A stretch of 38,540 nt of DNA from an uncultured Alphaproteobacteria bacterium (GTDB lineage Bacteria; Pseudomonadota; Alphaproteobacteria; UBA2966; CAIVPW01). Under the pieces are notes generated by a model that was not told the DNA's origin, ran no database searches, and saw only the letters and a program-made list of their open reading frames with translations. Positions within the stretch are counted from its first letter, which is position 1; the number at the start of each line of letters is the position of its first letter. The position numbers and the translations under genes are program-made. The DNA is taken from positions 1-38,540 of the forward strand of contig CAIVPW010000062.1 in the NCBI GenBank assembly GCA_903907895.1, written 5' to 3'. Of the stretch, positions 1-7,989 are shown one piece after another.

Positions 1-79
1 GGCAAGCGGATCGGGGGGTGAATGCTCATTACCAAAACGCGGCGCCAGCCGCTGAGGCGGCACCTGGGGACTGAAAGGT

Positions 80-95
80 AGCAACGCCTGTGCCA
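80..95 (-). promoter_or_regulatory. sigma-54 (RpoN) -24/-12 promoter facing the left edge of the window
   Basis: Minus strand reads TGGCAC-AGGCG-TTGCT, an exact match to TGGCAC-N5-TTGC(A/T). A possible ATG at 29 (MSIHPPIRL...) runs off the window. Confidence 0.65.
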
Positions 96-214
96 TGCGG
101 AAATGCCGGCTTTCGCGTGATTTTGCGGCCCAGCGTGGGGGCCTGTGCCATCGAAAGGGGCACCTTGCTGCCTACGCCCTTTGCAAGCCGACGCCGGATA
201 CCTACTTATTTGGC

Positions 215-670
215 ATGAGCGATTCCAGCATCATTCCGTGCCCGCACTGCGACACCCTGAACCGCGTTCCGGCCGGCAAAGCACTGGCGGCAGGTAAATG
301 CGGCAAGTGCAAGCAGGCGCTCGCCCTGGGCGCTCCGCTGGTGCTGACGGCCGCGCGGTTCGACATGCACGCAAACGCCCGCGACCTGCCGCTGCTGGTG
401 GACTTCTGGGCGCCCTGGTGCGGGCCTTGCCGCGCGATGGCGCCGATCTTCGAGGCGGAGGCCAAGGCGATGGAGCAGCAGGTGCGGTTTGCGAAGGGCA
501 ACTCCGACGCGGAGCCGGCGCTTTCGGCGCGCTTCCAGATCCGTTCGATCCCCACGCTCGTGCTGCTGCGCGGCGGCCGCGAGATGGCGCGCATCTCGGG
601 AGCGATGCAGGGCTCACAATTGCGCGCGTGGCTCGCCCAGCAACTGGCCGCGGGACACGCAGCCGCCTAG
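215..670 (+). CDS. trxC: Thioredoxin 2 with N-terminal zinc-finger
   Basis: CPHC...CGKC Zn motif followed by VDFWAPWCGPC and IRSIPT. Start moved from 95 to ATG 215 (MSDSSIIPCPHC). Confidence 0.93.
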   Translation: MSDSSIIPCPHCDTLNRVPAGKALAAGKCGKCKQALALGAPLVLTAARFDMHANARDLPLLVDFWAPWCGPCRAMAPIFEAEAKAMEQQVRFAKGNSDAEPALSARFQIRSIPTLVLLRGGREMARISGAMQGSQLRAWLAQQLAAGHAAA

Positions 671-692
671 ATTCCGCCGCCCAGGAGGCCTC

Positions 693-1313
693 ATGGCAAG
701 CACGCTGCGGATCGACCCGTTCGAATTTCCTGACCCCGACAAGGACCCGCCGTCCGATGCGAGTGAAGCGGTGGCGGTGCTTGCGGGCGGCTGCTTTTGG
801 TGCACCGAGGCGGTGTTCAAGGAGCTCGACGGCGTAAGCTCGGTGCGCTCGGGATACGCGGGCGGCACGCCGGAGACTGCCAACTACGACGCCGTGTGCA
901 GCGGCACGACGGATCACGCCGAGGCGATCGAGATCAAGTTCGATCCGCGCAGGACGAGCTTCGGGCAGATCCTGAAGATCTTCTTCTCGATCGCCCACGA
1001 CCCGACGCAGATGAACCGGCAGGGAAACGATCGCGGCCGGCAATACAGGTCCGCTGTGTTCTTTGCCGACGAGACGCAGCGCGCAACGACCAAGGCGTAC
1101 ATCGAGCAGATCGAACGCGCGAAGCTATACTCGGCCCCGATCAAGACGACGCTTGAGCCACTCGTGACGTTCTATGCCGCCGAGGCGTACCACCAGGATT
1201 TCGCCGCCCGCAATCCGCGCCAGGGATACGTGCAGGCGGTGGCGCGTCCCAAGGTGGTCGCGTTGCGCGAGCAATTCCCCGACAAGCTGAAGACCAAGCG
1301 CGCGCAGGCCTAG
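693..1313 (+). CDS. msrA: Peptide methionine-(S)-sulfoxide reductase
   Basis: AGGCFWC, SGYAGG, HAEA, HDPTQMNRQGNDRGRQYRS and AEAYHQ motifs. AGGAGG RBS precedes ATG 693. Confidence 0.95.
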   Translation: MASTLRIDPFEFPDPDKDPPSDASEAVAVLAGGCFWCTEAVFKELDGVSSVRSGYAGGTPETANYDAVCSGTTDHAEAIEIKFDPRRTSFGQILKIFFSIAHDPTQMNRQGNDRGRQYRSAVFFADETQRATTKAYIEQIERAKLYSAPIKTTLEPLVTFYAAEAYHQDFAARNPRQGYVQAVARPKVVALREQFPDKLKTKRAQA

Positions 1314-1831
1314 TGGCGCGGCACTTCAAGGTCGGTGAGGTCATCGACGTCAACGACCGCATGCAACAGGACTATTCGTATGTCCTGTCGGCTCTCATGG
1401 GAAAGCAGTTCGATCCCAGCTTCGCGCCGGCACTGACGCCGTCCGAGATGCTCGCCCTTGGCGTGTTCGAGGGGAAGTACCTCAACGACTGCACCGGCGA
1501 GTTCCCGGCGGCATGGTTTGCGAAGGCGCGCACGGCCGACGTCGCCGATCCGTCGTTGAACCGGTTTGGCGTGAAGAGCCGCCAGCCGTTGAGCGAGTGG
1601 CGGCGCAAAGGCTGGATCGTGGAGCCCGATCCGCGTGGCTGGTTCCAGTGGTACTGCCGCTACTACCTGGGAAGGCGACTGGCGGCAGTGGATGCCGTGC
1701 AGATCAAGCGCTGGCGGGCCTTCACGCGCCACGCGGCGCAGGTGCGCGCCCACTGCTTCCCCGGCGACCTGAGCTGCCGTCCCCGGCAGCGCCAGGCGCT
1801 GTTGCAGTGGGCGTACGACCCGTTCCTCTAG
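1313..1831 (+). CDS. Conserved hypothetical protein (LTPxEML.LGVF.GKY...DPRGWFQWYCRYY.GRR...RQALLQWAYD family)
   Basis: GTG start overlaps the msrA TAG by 1 nt. Aromatic and basic conserved-looking motifs, host-like codon usage. Confidence 0.85.
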   Translation: MARHFKVGEVIDVNDRMQQDYSYVLSALMGKQFDPSFAPALTPSEMLALGVFEGKYLNDCTGEFPAAWFAKARTADVADPSLNRFGVKSRQPLSEWRRKGWIVEPDPRGWFQWYCRYYLGRRLAAVDAVQIKRWRAFTRHAAQVRAHCFPGDLSCRPRQRQALLQWAYDPFL

Positions 1832-1835
1832 CGTC

Positions 1836-2345
1836 TCACGCTGCCGGTGCGTTGGCGGCGAAGTCGGCCTTGCCGATGTCGACGCCCGACGAGCGCAAGA
1901 TGTCGTAAGCGGTCGTCACGTGGAAAAAGAAGTTCGGGTAGGTGTAGTGCAGCAGCATCTGACGCCCCTTGTAGGTGCGCGTGCTGCCGCCGCCCGGGAA
2001 GCTGATCTCCTTCATCTCGCTGCCGTCGATCTGCGCCGGCTTGAAGGTCTTCAAGTAGTCGAGCACGGAGGCGATGCGGGCCTTGAGCTCGTCGATGGAT
2101 TTCTCCTCGTCGGGGTGCTTCGGCGGCTCGACACCAGCGAGGCGCGCCGTGGCGCGTTTGGCGTGGTCGCAGGCAATCTGCACCTGGCGCGCCAGCGGCA
2201 GCATGTCGGCGATCAAACGCATGCCGAGGAAGTTGGCCGAATCGAATTTCTTGGCTTCAGCGTGCGCTGCCGCTTTGTCGAGAATGGCGGACAGGTTCGT
2301 GAGCATCTGCACGAACACCGGGACGGACGCGTGGTACATCGACAT
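1836..2345 (-). CDS. DUF1993 family (DinB-like) protein
   Basis: MSMYHASVPVF.QML.NL..ILDKA, RLIADMLPL..QVQIACD.AK and PNFFFHVTTAYDILR..GV.IGK.DF are typical of DUF1993. Start placed at ATG 2345. Confidence 0.9.
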   Translation of the reverse strand: MSMYHASVPVFVQMLTNLSAILDKAAAHAEAKKFDSANFLGMRLIADMLPLARQVQIACDHAKRATARLAGVEPPKHPDEEKSIDELKARIASVLDYLKTFKPAQIDGSEMKEISFPGGGSTRTYKGRQMLLHYTYPNFFFHVTTAYDILRSSGVDIGKADFAANAPAA

Positions 2346-2350
2346 TGCGG

Positions 2351-2782
2351 CTAGGACTCCAGCTTGGCTTCGAGGGTGATGGGCATGTTCAGCGCGCGCG
2401 AGATCGGGCAACCGGCCTTGGTGCCGTTGGCGATCTCCTGAAACTTCTTGGCATCGATCTTCGGCACCTTGGCCGAGACGACGAGGTGCATGTTGGTGAG
2501 CGTCGGCTTGCCGTTCACGGTGTCGAGGGTAACGGTGGCCTTGGCATCGACGTTGTCGGGCGTGAAGCCCGCATCGCCGAGGTCGGCCGACAGTGCCATG
2601 GCGAAGCAGCCGGCTTCGGCGGCAGCGATCAACTCCTCGGGATTGGTGCCGGGCGCGTTCTCGAATCGCATGGCGAACGAGTAGGGGGTGGACTTCAGGG
2701 TGCCGCTCGCGGTGCTGACGGTACCCTTGCCACCCTTGAGGTTGCCCTGCCAAGCGGCGGACGCAGTGCGCTTCGTGGCCAT
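2351..2782 (-). CDS. osmC: OsmC family peroxiredoxin
   Basis: RTASAAWQG.LK.GKG, RFE..PGTNPEELIAAA.AGCF.MALS and second Cys in CPISRAL. AAGGAG RBS precedes ATG 2782. Confidence 0.93.
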   Translation of the reverse strand: MATKRTASAAWQGNLKGGKGTVSTASGTLKSTPYSFAMRFENAPGTNPEELIAAAEAGCFAMALSADLGDAGFTPDNVDAKATVTLDTVNGKPTLTNMHLVVSAKVPKIDAKKFQEIANGTKAGCPISRALNMPITLEAKLES

Positions 2783-2830
2783 GGCCGATGTCTCCTTTTT
2801 TGCGGCGGGGGGGCACTGTAGCCGTTCGGC

Positions 2831-3139
2831 TTGGCGGCGCAAACGGCCCCGGCCCGGCTAGTATCGGTCTATGCGAAGAGCGCTTCTGGCCACGATTGTC
2901 TGGTGGAGCTCGACGAAGCGCGGCCCGATGCGACAGCCGCGTTGGGCGCCGAAGGCCTCGAAACCGAGTTGGGCTTCGCCACCGAGGAGCTCGACGAATT
3001 GCAGGACGTACTGCGCACCGAGGAGGCCGGCCTGCGTGCGCGCCTCGGTGAGCGATTGGCGTTTGCGGCGAAGCTCGAAGGCGAAGCAATCGGCTTCAAG
3101 GAAGGCGCCGGCGACGTACTGCGGCGCGTCGCGCCCTAG
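2831..3139 (+). CDS. Small acidic hypothetical protein, start uncertain
   Basis: Open frame fills the gap between osmC and the next gene, with GC3-rich codons from about 2900. No RBS and no recognisable family. Confidence 0.4.
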   Translation: MAAQTAPARLVSVYAKSASGHDCLVELDEARPDATAALGAEGLETELGFATEELDELQDVLRTEEAGLRARLGERLAFAAKLEGEAIGFKEGAGDVLRRVAP

Positions 3140-3185
3140 AGTCGGGCAGGCCGCCTCGTGGCGGCCTACCCGGGCTGTACGCCGA

Positions 3186-3884
3186 CTAGAGGCCGAGCCG
3201 ATTCATGAAGCTGGTGTCGTAGGAGATGCCGCCGCGCGTGAAGAGCGCGGGGTTCGGCTGCGGCAACTCGTGGACATCGATATCCGTCGCGCCGTACCGG
3301 CGCAGGATGTCCTTGGCCCGCTCCTCGTGCTCCATGTCGCCACAGGCGACCCACAGCAGAATGCCGCCCTGGTCGAGCTGGCGCTGCAGCGTGTCGGCGT
3401 GGTGCTTGCCGATGACGCGGCTGAACAGCGCGCCGATTGCCGCGCCACCGCCGCCCGCCGCCACGGCTGCTGCGATGGCAACGCCGGCTGCACCGCCGCT
3501 GAACACCACGGCGCCCGCTGCAACCATTGCGCCTACGTAGGCCAGGCCGCCCGTGAGGCCAGCCTTCGCCTCGTTCAGCGAGTCCGAATCGACGTATGCC
3601 ATTCGCAACGTGTTGGGTTCAGCATCGACTTCGCCGACGCGATCGTAGCGATGACGCAACTTCTGCTCGATGGTCATCTCGCTGGCGATCAGGCTGACGG
3701 TGGCGCGGTCGAACCCATCCACGAGCAGGCTTTCGACGGCGTCTTCCATTGCCTTCACGTCTTGGAATACCCCGACTACCTCGCGGACCAAGGCGGGCTG
3801 GCCGGTGTCCGGCGCCATGACCGGCTCAATCGGGGCCATGCCGCCGAACGGGGTCGGCTCATAGCTACGTTCCATTGCAGTCAT
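3186..3884 (-). CDS. Membrane-associated general-stress-type protein (YflT/DUF1269-like architecture)
   Basis: VVGVF...AVE.L...GF....VSL N-terminal motif, Gly/Ala-rich hydrophobic hairpin, then GGILLWV...A.DIL..YGA. AAGGAG RBS. Confidence 0.75.
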   Translation of the reverse strand: MTAMERSYEPTPFGGMAPIEPVMAPDTGQPALVREVVGVFQDVKAMEDAVESLLVDGFDRATVSLIASEMTIEQKLRHRYDRVGEVDAEPNTLRMAYVDSDSLNEAKAGLTGGLAYVGAMVAAGAVVFSGGAAGVAIAAAVAAGGGGAAIGALFSRVIGKHHADTLQRQLDQGGILLWVACGDMEHEERAKDILRRYGATDIDVHELPQPNPALFTRGGISYDTSFMNRLGL

Positions 3885-4050
3885 TGGCGTCTCCTTCGCG
3901 GTTACATTTGCCAGGTGAGGCGAAAACGGATTGCGGCCGCTTGCCGCTACGTCTGAGATGTGGGCCCGTACGGCACCGGACCAACCGGGCCGGAGGGGGT
4001 ACCGCGCCGGAGGCAGGCGGTTCCGCTAGACTGCGGCGGGGGACTTGGAA

Positions 4051-5115
4051 ATGACGACAATTCTGGTGACCGGGGGCTGCGGCTTCATTGGTTCGGCGGT
4101 GGTGCGGCAGTTGCTTGGCGCGCGGCCTGAGGTGCGGGTCGTCAACGTCGATGCGCTCACGTATGCAGCGAATCCGGCCACCCAGCGTGAACTGGAGCGG
4201 CACGCCCGCTATCGCCTGGAGCGCGCCGACATAGCGGACACCGGCGCGTTGGCGCGGCTGTTCACGACGCACAAGCCAGACGGGGTACTCCACCTCGCCG
4301 CCGAGTCGCACGTCGATCGCTCGATCGACGATGCGACGGTGTTCCTGAAAACGAACGTTACGGGCACGGCGGTTCTGCTCGACTGCGCGACGGCGCATTG
4401 GCGCACGCTGACGGGCTCGGCCCGGGAGCGGTTCCGGTTCGTGCACGTCTCCACGGACGAGGTGTACGGCAGCCTGGGGCCGGCAGGACACTCAACCGAA
4501 GAATCGCCGTACGCGCCCAATTCGCCGTACGCCGCCAGCAAGGCGTCATCGGACCACCTGGCGCGCGCCTGGCACCGCACGCACGGGCTGCCTGTCGTCA
4601 CGAGCAACGGCTCGAATACCTTTGGTCCGTACCAGTTCCCGGAGAAGCTGATTCCGCTGATGATCGTGCGCGCACTGACGGGCGCGTCGTTGCCCGTTTA
4701 CGGCAAGGGCGAGAACGTGCGCGACTGGCTGTACGTGGACGATCATGCCGCCGCGCTTGTTGCCTTGCTGGAGCGCGGTCAGCCCGGCGAGAAATACAAT
4801 GTTGGTGGCGGCAACGAGCGGCGCAACATCGACGTCGTGCGCACGCTATGCGCGATTCTGGACGAGCTGGTACCGGATGCCCGCGGCTCCCATGCGGAGC
4901 GCATCACCTTTGTCGCCGACCGCCCAGGCCACGATCTGCGCTATTCGATCGCCACGGCGAAGATCCGCCGCACGGTAGGCTGGGAGCCTCGCCAGCCCTT
5001 TGAGGCGGGGCTGCGGGCTACTGTGGCCTGGTATGTGGCGAATCGCCATTGGTGGGAGCCGGTGCTGCGACAGGAGTATGACGGCCGCCGCCTGGGCCTT
5101 GGCGGGGCGGCCTAG
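4051..5115 (+). CDS. rfbB: dTDP-glucose 4,6-dehydratase
   Basis: ILVTGGCGFIGS, DALTYA, HLAAESHVDRSI, HVSTDEVYGSL, PNSPYAASKAS, FPEKLIP, RDWLYVDDH, DRPGHD.RY. Confidence 0.96.
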   Translation: MTTILVTGGCGFIGSAVVRQLLGARPEVRVVNVDALTYAANPATQRELERHARYRLERADIADTGALARLFTTHKPDGVLHLAAESHVDRSIDDATVFLKTNVTGTAVLLDCATAHWRTLTGSARERFRFVHVSTDEVYGSLGPAGHSTEESPYAPNSPYAASKASSDHLARAWHRTHGLPVVTSNGSNTFGPYQFPEKLIPLMIVRALTGASLPVYGKGENVRDWLYVDDHAAALVALLERGQPGEKYNVGGGNERRNIDVVRTLCAILDELVPDARGSHAERITFVADRPGHDLRYSIATAKIRRTVGWEPRQPFEAGLRATVAWYVANRHWWEPVLRQEYDGRRLGLGGAA

Positions 5116-5228
5116 CAGAACGGTGAGTAGGCCGACGCCTTCCTGCGAGCGAAACTGTGTCCGCGCGACGCCCCTGAGGCGTGGTTGGCATTTGGCAATT
5201 GTCGCCGGATTGGCCTAGCATTTCGGTC

Positions 5229-5870
5229 ATGCTGTCAACGCACGCGGTCAGTCGCCGACGTTTCGCTGCCTTGCTAGGTGCAGCCGCCGCCGTTCCTCTG
5301 GCGCCGCGCGTTGCGCAAGCGCAGGGCTTGGACATGCCAGTCCGCCCCCTGGAATTGCTCGGGCAGCTCTTGGTCGCGTCGCCGAAGATGCAGGACGCAC
5401 GCTTTCGCGAAGCGGTGATCTACGTGGGGCGCCACGACGCCCAGGGTGCGTTCGGGCTTGTCATCAACCGGCCGCAAGGTACCGGGCCGATCGATCAGAT
5501 CCTGCGCGCCTACCGCCTGCGTGGACCGACCACGGAACAGCGCGTCACGGTGTACTGGGGCGGGCCGAACGAGAGCCAGCGCGGGTACGTCGTACACAGC
5601 AACGACTACGGACTGAACGCCGCGCTCATGACCGCAGGGAATCTTGCGGTGACGCGCGTCGAATCGATCGTGTTGGCCATCGCCGAGAGCCGTGGTCCAC
5701 GGCTGACGCTGATGGCATATGGCTCGTGCAACTGGGGCCCAGGCCAGTTGGACCGCGAGGTAATGGCGGGTGACTGGATGGTCGCGCCGCCGGACGAAAA
5801 GCTGATGTTCAGCGAGCCCGACGAACGCAAATGGGGCCTGGCTTCTGCCAACTACGGGTTGGAGCTGTAA
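5229..5870 (+). CDS. YqgE/AlgH (DUF179) family protein with N-terminal Tat-like signal
   Basis: GQLLVASP.MQD.RF.EAVIY...H...GAFGLVINRP, GGP, WGPGQLD.E...GDW. N-terminus is SRRRFAALLGAAAAVPLAPRVAQA. Confidence 0.85.
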   Translation: MLSTHAVSRRRFAALLGAAAAVPLAPRVAQAQGLDMPVRPLELLGQLLVASPKMQDARFREAVIYVGRHDAQGAFGLVINRPQGTGPIDQILRAYRLRGPTTEQRVTVYWGGPNESQRGYVVHSNDYGLNAALMTAGNLAVTRVESIVLAIAESRGPRLTLMAYGSCNWGPGQLDREVMAGDWMVAPPDEKLMFSEPDERKWGLASANYGLEL

Positions 5871-6104
5871 TCAGCGCGGCAACGGAAAGCTGGCGTTGAT
5901 GTTGGCGGGCACCTCCACCTCCTCGTGATTCCATAGCTCGAACACGAAGGCCGGGGCCACACCGGCAATGACTGCCAAGACGATGGCGGCCTTCCAGCGG
6001 AACGACGTTCTGCGTCCGCCCCGGGATGCACGGACGGCTGCAAGCACGCCAAAGAAGGTGGCGGCGCTCACGAACCACACGGCCGCAGTGGTCCACATTG
6101 TCAT
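5871..6104 (-). CDS. Small two-TM membrane protein (77 aa)
   Basis: Two hydrophobic segments. Start overlaps the DUF2927 stop (TGATG), and GGAGG lies just upstream. Confidence 0.7.
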   Translation of the reverse strand: MTMWTTAAVWFVSAATFFGVLAAVRASRGGRRTSFRWKAAIVLAVIAGVAPAFVFELWNHEEVEVPANINASFPLPR

Positions 6105-6823
6105 CAGCCTCCGCCCGGATTGAGTTCGCTGAGAATCGTACGCGCCAGCTGCAGGGCCTGTGCGCGCGGCAGGCCCGGGCGCATGCGCGGATCATACACC
6201 AGGCGCAGCAGAACCTTGTCGATGAGCGACAGGCTTGTGAGGTGCAGGCTGTCGTTGAAGATCGATGGCGCTACCCGGTCGTCATCGTTCGGCAGGCCCA
6301 AGGACTGCGCCAACTCCTCGAGCAGGCAGTGCACCAGCTCCTGGTCCGGCAGGTCCGATCCCGCCAGCACGCGCGCGGCAACTAGGCGTCCCTCGGGCGA
6401 GATGTAGGAGAGGAAGAAGCACGACGCCGTCTCGAACTGGCGGCCGGCGACCTCGGCCGGGTTGGCGGCAAGGGTGCGGCCGTCTTGCACGAGGCGGGCG
6501 ACAGGAGAGAACCAGATGATGAAGTTCTCACCGGGGTCGCGCGCACCGATCTCCTTGAACTCGAGATTGGTGAACTGCGTCAGGGATGCAAAGTGCGCCT
6601 CGACGACCGGGCGATACTTGGCGATCGCTGCAACGTTGCCGCCGAACTTGTAACGGATGGGCTCGGTCCATTTGCGCACGTTGGGAAGCGCGCGCCCAGC
6701 GAACTCGTTACCGAAGACAACGTAGTCGAAGAACGCGACGTACCGGTCGTTGCTGGGTTGCTGCGCCAGGGCAGGCGTAGCGAGCAGAATCAGGCCGAGG
6801 ACGAGGCGACGCAGGAGGCGCAT
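6104..6823 (-). CDS. DUF2927 family exported protein
   Basis: Sec signal (..ATPALA-QQ), VRKWTEPIR, and C..EELAQSLGLPND....PSIFND...L...D..LLRL.YDPR.RPG motif. Confidence 0.85.
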   Translation of the reverse strand: MRLLRRLVLGLILLATPALAQQPSNDRYVAFFDYVVFGNEFAGRALPNVRKWTEPIRYKFGGNVAAIAKYRPVVEAHFASLTQFTNLEFKEIGARDPGENFIIWFSPVARLVQDGRTLAANPAEVAGRQFETASCFFLSYISPEGRLVAARVLAGSDLPDQELVHCLLEELAQSLGLPNDDDRVAPSIFNDSLHLTSLSLIDKVLLRLVYDPRMRPGLPRAQALQLARTILSELNPGGG

Positions 6824-6864
6824 GGGGAAAGCGTAGCGGGTCCCTGTGCGCCGCGCCACGCGGC

Positions 6865-6979
6865 CAAAACAGCAGCGCGGACGAGGGGAGGGAGCACCCG
6901 CGTCCGCGCTGTTGGTCCTGGTGGCCCACGACTGCCTGGGGGCAGGGGCCGCCGTTATGTCGCAGTGGATAGTGCGGTT
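6865..6979 (-). ncRNA. Candidate small regulatory RNA with C-rich loops
   Basis: Own sigma70-like promoter, hairpin CTGCC-CCCA-GGCAG, and an 11-bp perfect stem (6873-6883/6901-6911) with loop CUCCCUCCCCU followed by a short U-tract. Confidence 0.5.
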
Positions 6980-6984
6980 GTCGC

Positions 6985-7015
6985 TATATACGCAGTGATA
7001 CAGCGTCCCGTCAAG
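6985..7015 (-). promoter_or_regulatory. sigma70-type promoter
   Basis: Minus strand CTTGAC-N18-GTATAT(A), close to the alphaproteobacterial CTTGAC-N17/18-CTATAT consensus. Confidence 0.6.
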
Positions 7016-7023
7016 CCGGGGAG

Positions 7024-7434
7024 CTAGGCGCCGTAGAGTTGGGCGGGGTCGATCTCGGGCTCGACCAGGACAGCGACGCGGCCGTCGCGGACCGTGTTGA
7101 ACCAGCAACTGCGGCGCCCGGTGTGGCAGGCCACGCCCACCTGCCGCACCAGCAGCAGCAGGGCGTCGCCGTCGCAATCCAGCCGGATTTCCCGAACCTG
7201 CTGTACCTGGCCGCTGCTCTCACCCTTGCGCCACTGAGCCTGGCGGGAGCGGGAGTAATAGTGGGCCTCGCCGGTGGCGAGGGTGGCCTCGACGGCGGCC
7301 CGGTTCATCCAGGCCAGCATCAGCACCAGCCCGGAGTCGTGCTGCTGCACCACCGCCGGCACTAGGCCGTCGCGGTCCCAGCGAATGGCATCGATCAGGG
7401 CGGCCCCGGAAGGGGGCGGGGGAACGGCGGCCAT
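7024..7434 (-). CDS. hisI: Phosphoribosyl-AMP cyclohydrolase
   Basis: DGLVPAVVQ, VLMLAWMN, YYSRSRQ..W.KGESSG, DCDGDALL, ACHTGRRSC. GAGG RBS. Confidence 0.95.
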   Translation of the reverse strand: MAAVPPPPSGAALIDAIRWDRDGLVPAVVQQHDSGLVLMLAWMNRAAVEATLATGEAHYYSRSRQAQWRKGESSGQVQQVREIRLDCDGDALLLLVRQVGVACHTGRRSCWFNTVRDGRVAVLVEPEIDPAQLYGA

Positions 7435-7460
7435 GCAAGGTCCTCGGTTTCGCTATGAAC

Positions 7461-7475
7461 TGTTATGCTATAACA
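7461..7475. promoter_or_regulatory. Zur box
   Basis: TGTTAT-GCT-ATAACA palindrome matches the proteobacterial Zur consensus TGTTATNNNATAACA. It lies in the 69-bp gap between divergent hisI and zur. Confidence 0.85.
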
Positions 7476-7503
7476 AAATCGGCAAGCAATTGTTGGCTCT
7501 ACC

Positions 7504-7986
7504 ATGACCAAAGCCGCCGCAGCGACCCCGCACGATCACGCCCACTGCATCGCCAGCGCCCTGGCCCAGGCCGACACCCTGTGCGAGCAACGCGGCGCCC
7601 GTCTGACCAAGAACCGGCGGCGAGTGCTGGAACTCGTGTGGCAGAGCCACGCGCCGGTCGGCGCCTACGAACTGCTCGAACGCCTGCGCGAAGACGGCTT
7701 GAGCGCGGCGCCGCCCACAGTATACCGCGCCCTGGAATTCCTGATGAGCCAAGGCCTTGTGCATCGCATCGAAACCCGCAACGCTTTCGTCGGCTGCCCG
7801 CAACCGCAGCATGAGCACGAGGCGCAGTACCTGCTGTGCGAGGCCTGCGGCGACGCGGTGGAGATCGACGTAGGCGGCGTGCGGCGCCGCATCGAGGCGC
7901 TGGCGGCGCAGCATGGGTTCACCGTCACCGCGCAGACCATCGAAGCGCGCGGCCTGTGTCGCCGCTGCCAACCGGCCGACGCCTAG
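7504..7986 (+). CDS. zur: Zinc uptake regulator (Fur family)
   Basis: HDHAHC N-terminus, RLT..RRRVL, GAYELL, PPTVYRALEFL, HRIE..NAFVGC, two CxxC motifs. Heads znuCB. Confidence 0.93.
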   Translation: MTKAAAATPHDHAHCIASALAQADTLCEQRGARLTKNRRRVLELVWQSHAPVGAYELLERLREDGLSAAPPTVYRALEFLMSQGLVHRIETRNAFVGCPQPQHEHEAQYLLCEACGDAVEIDVGGVRRRIEALAAQHGFTVTAQTIEARGLCRRCQPADA

Positions 7987-7989
7987 CCG

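Noticed and set aside
95-214. N-terminal extensions of ORF-track calls (trxC, also msrA, DUF1993, DUF2927, sseA, btuB, pcm and others)
   Set aside because: Family similarity and RBS or -10 positions support downstream starts; the extensions are high-GC open-frame artefacts.
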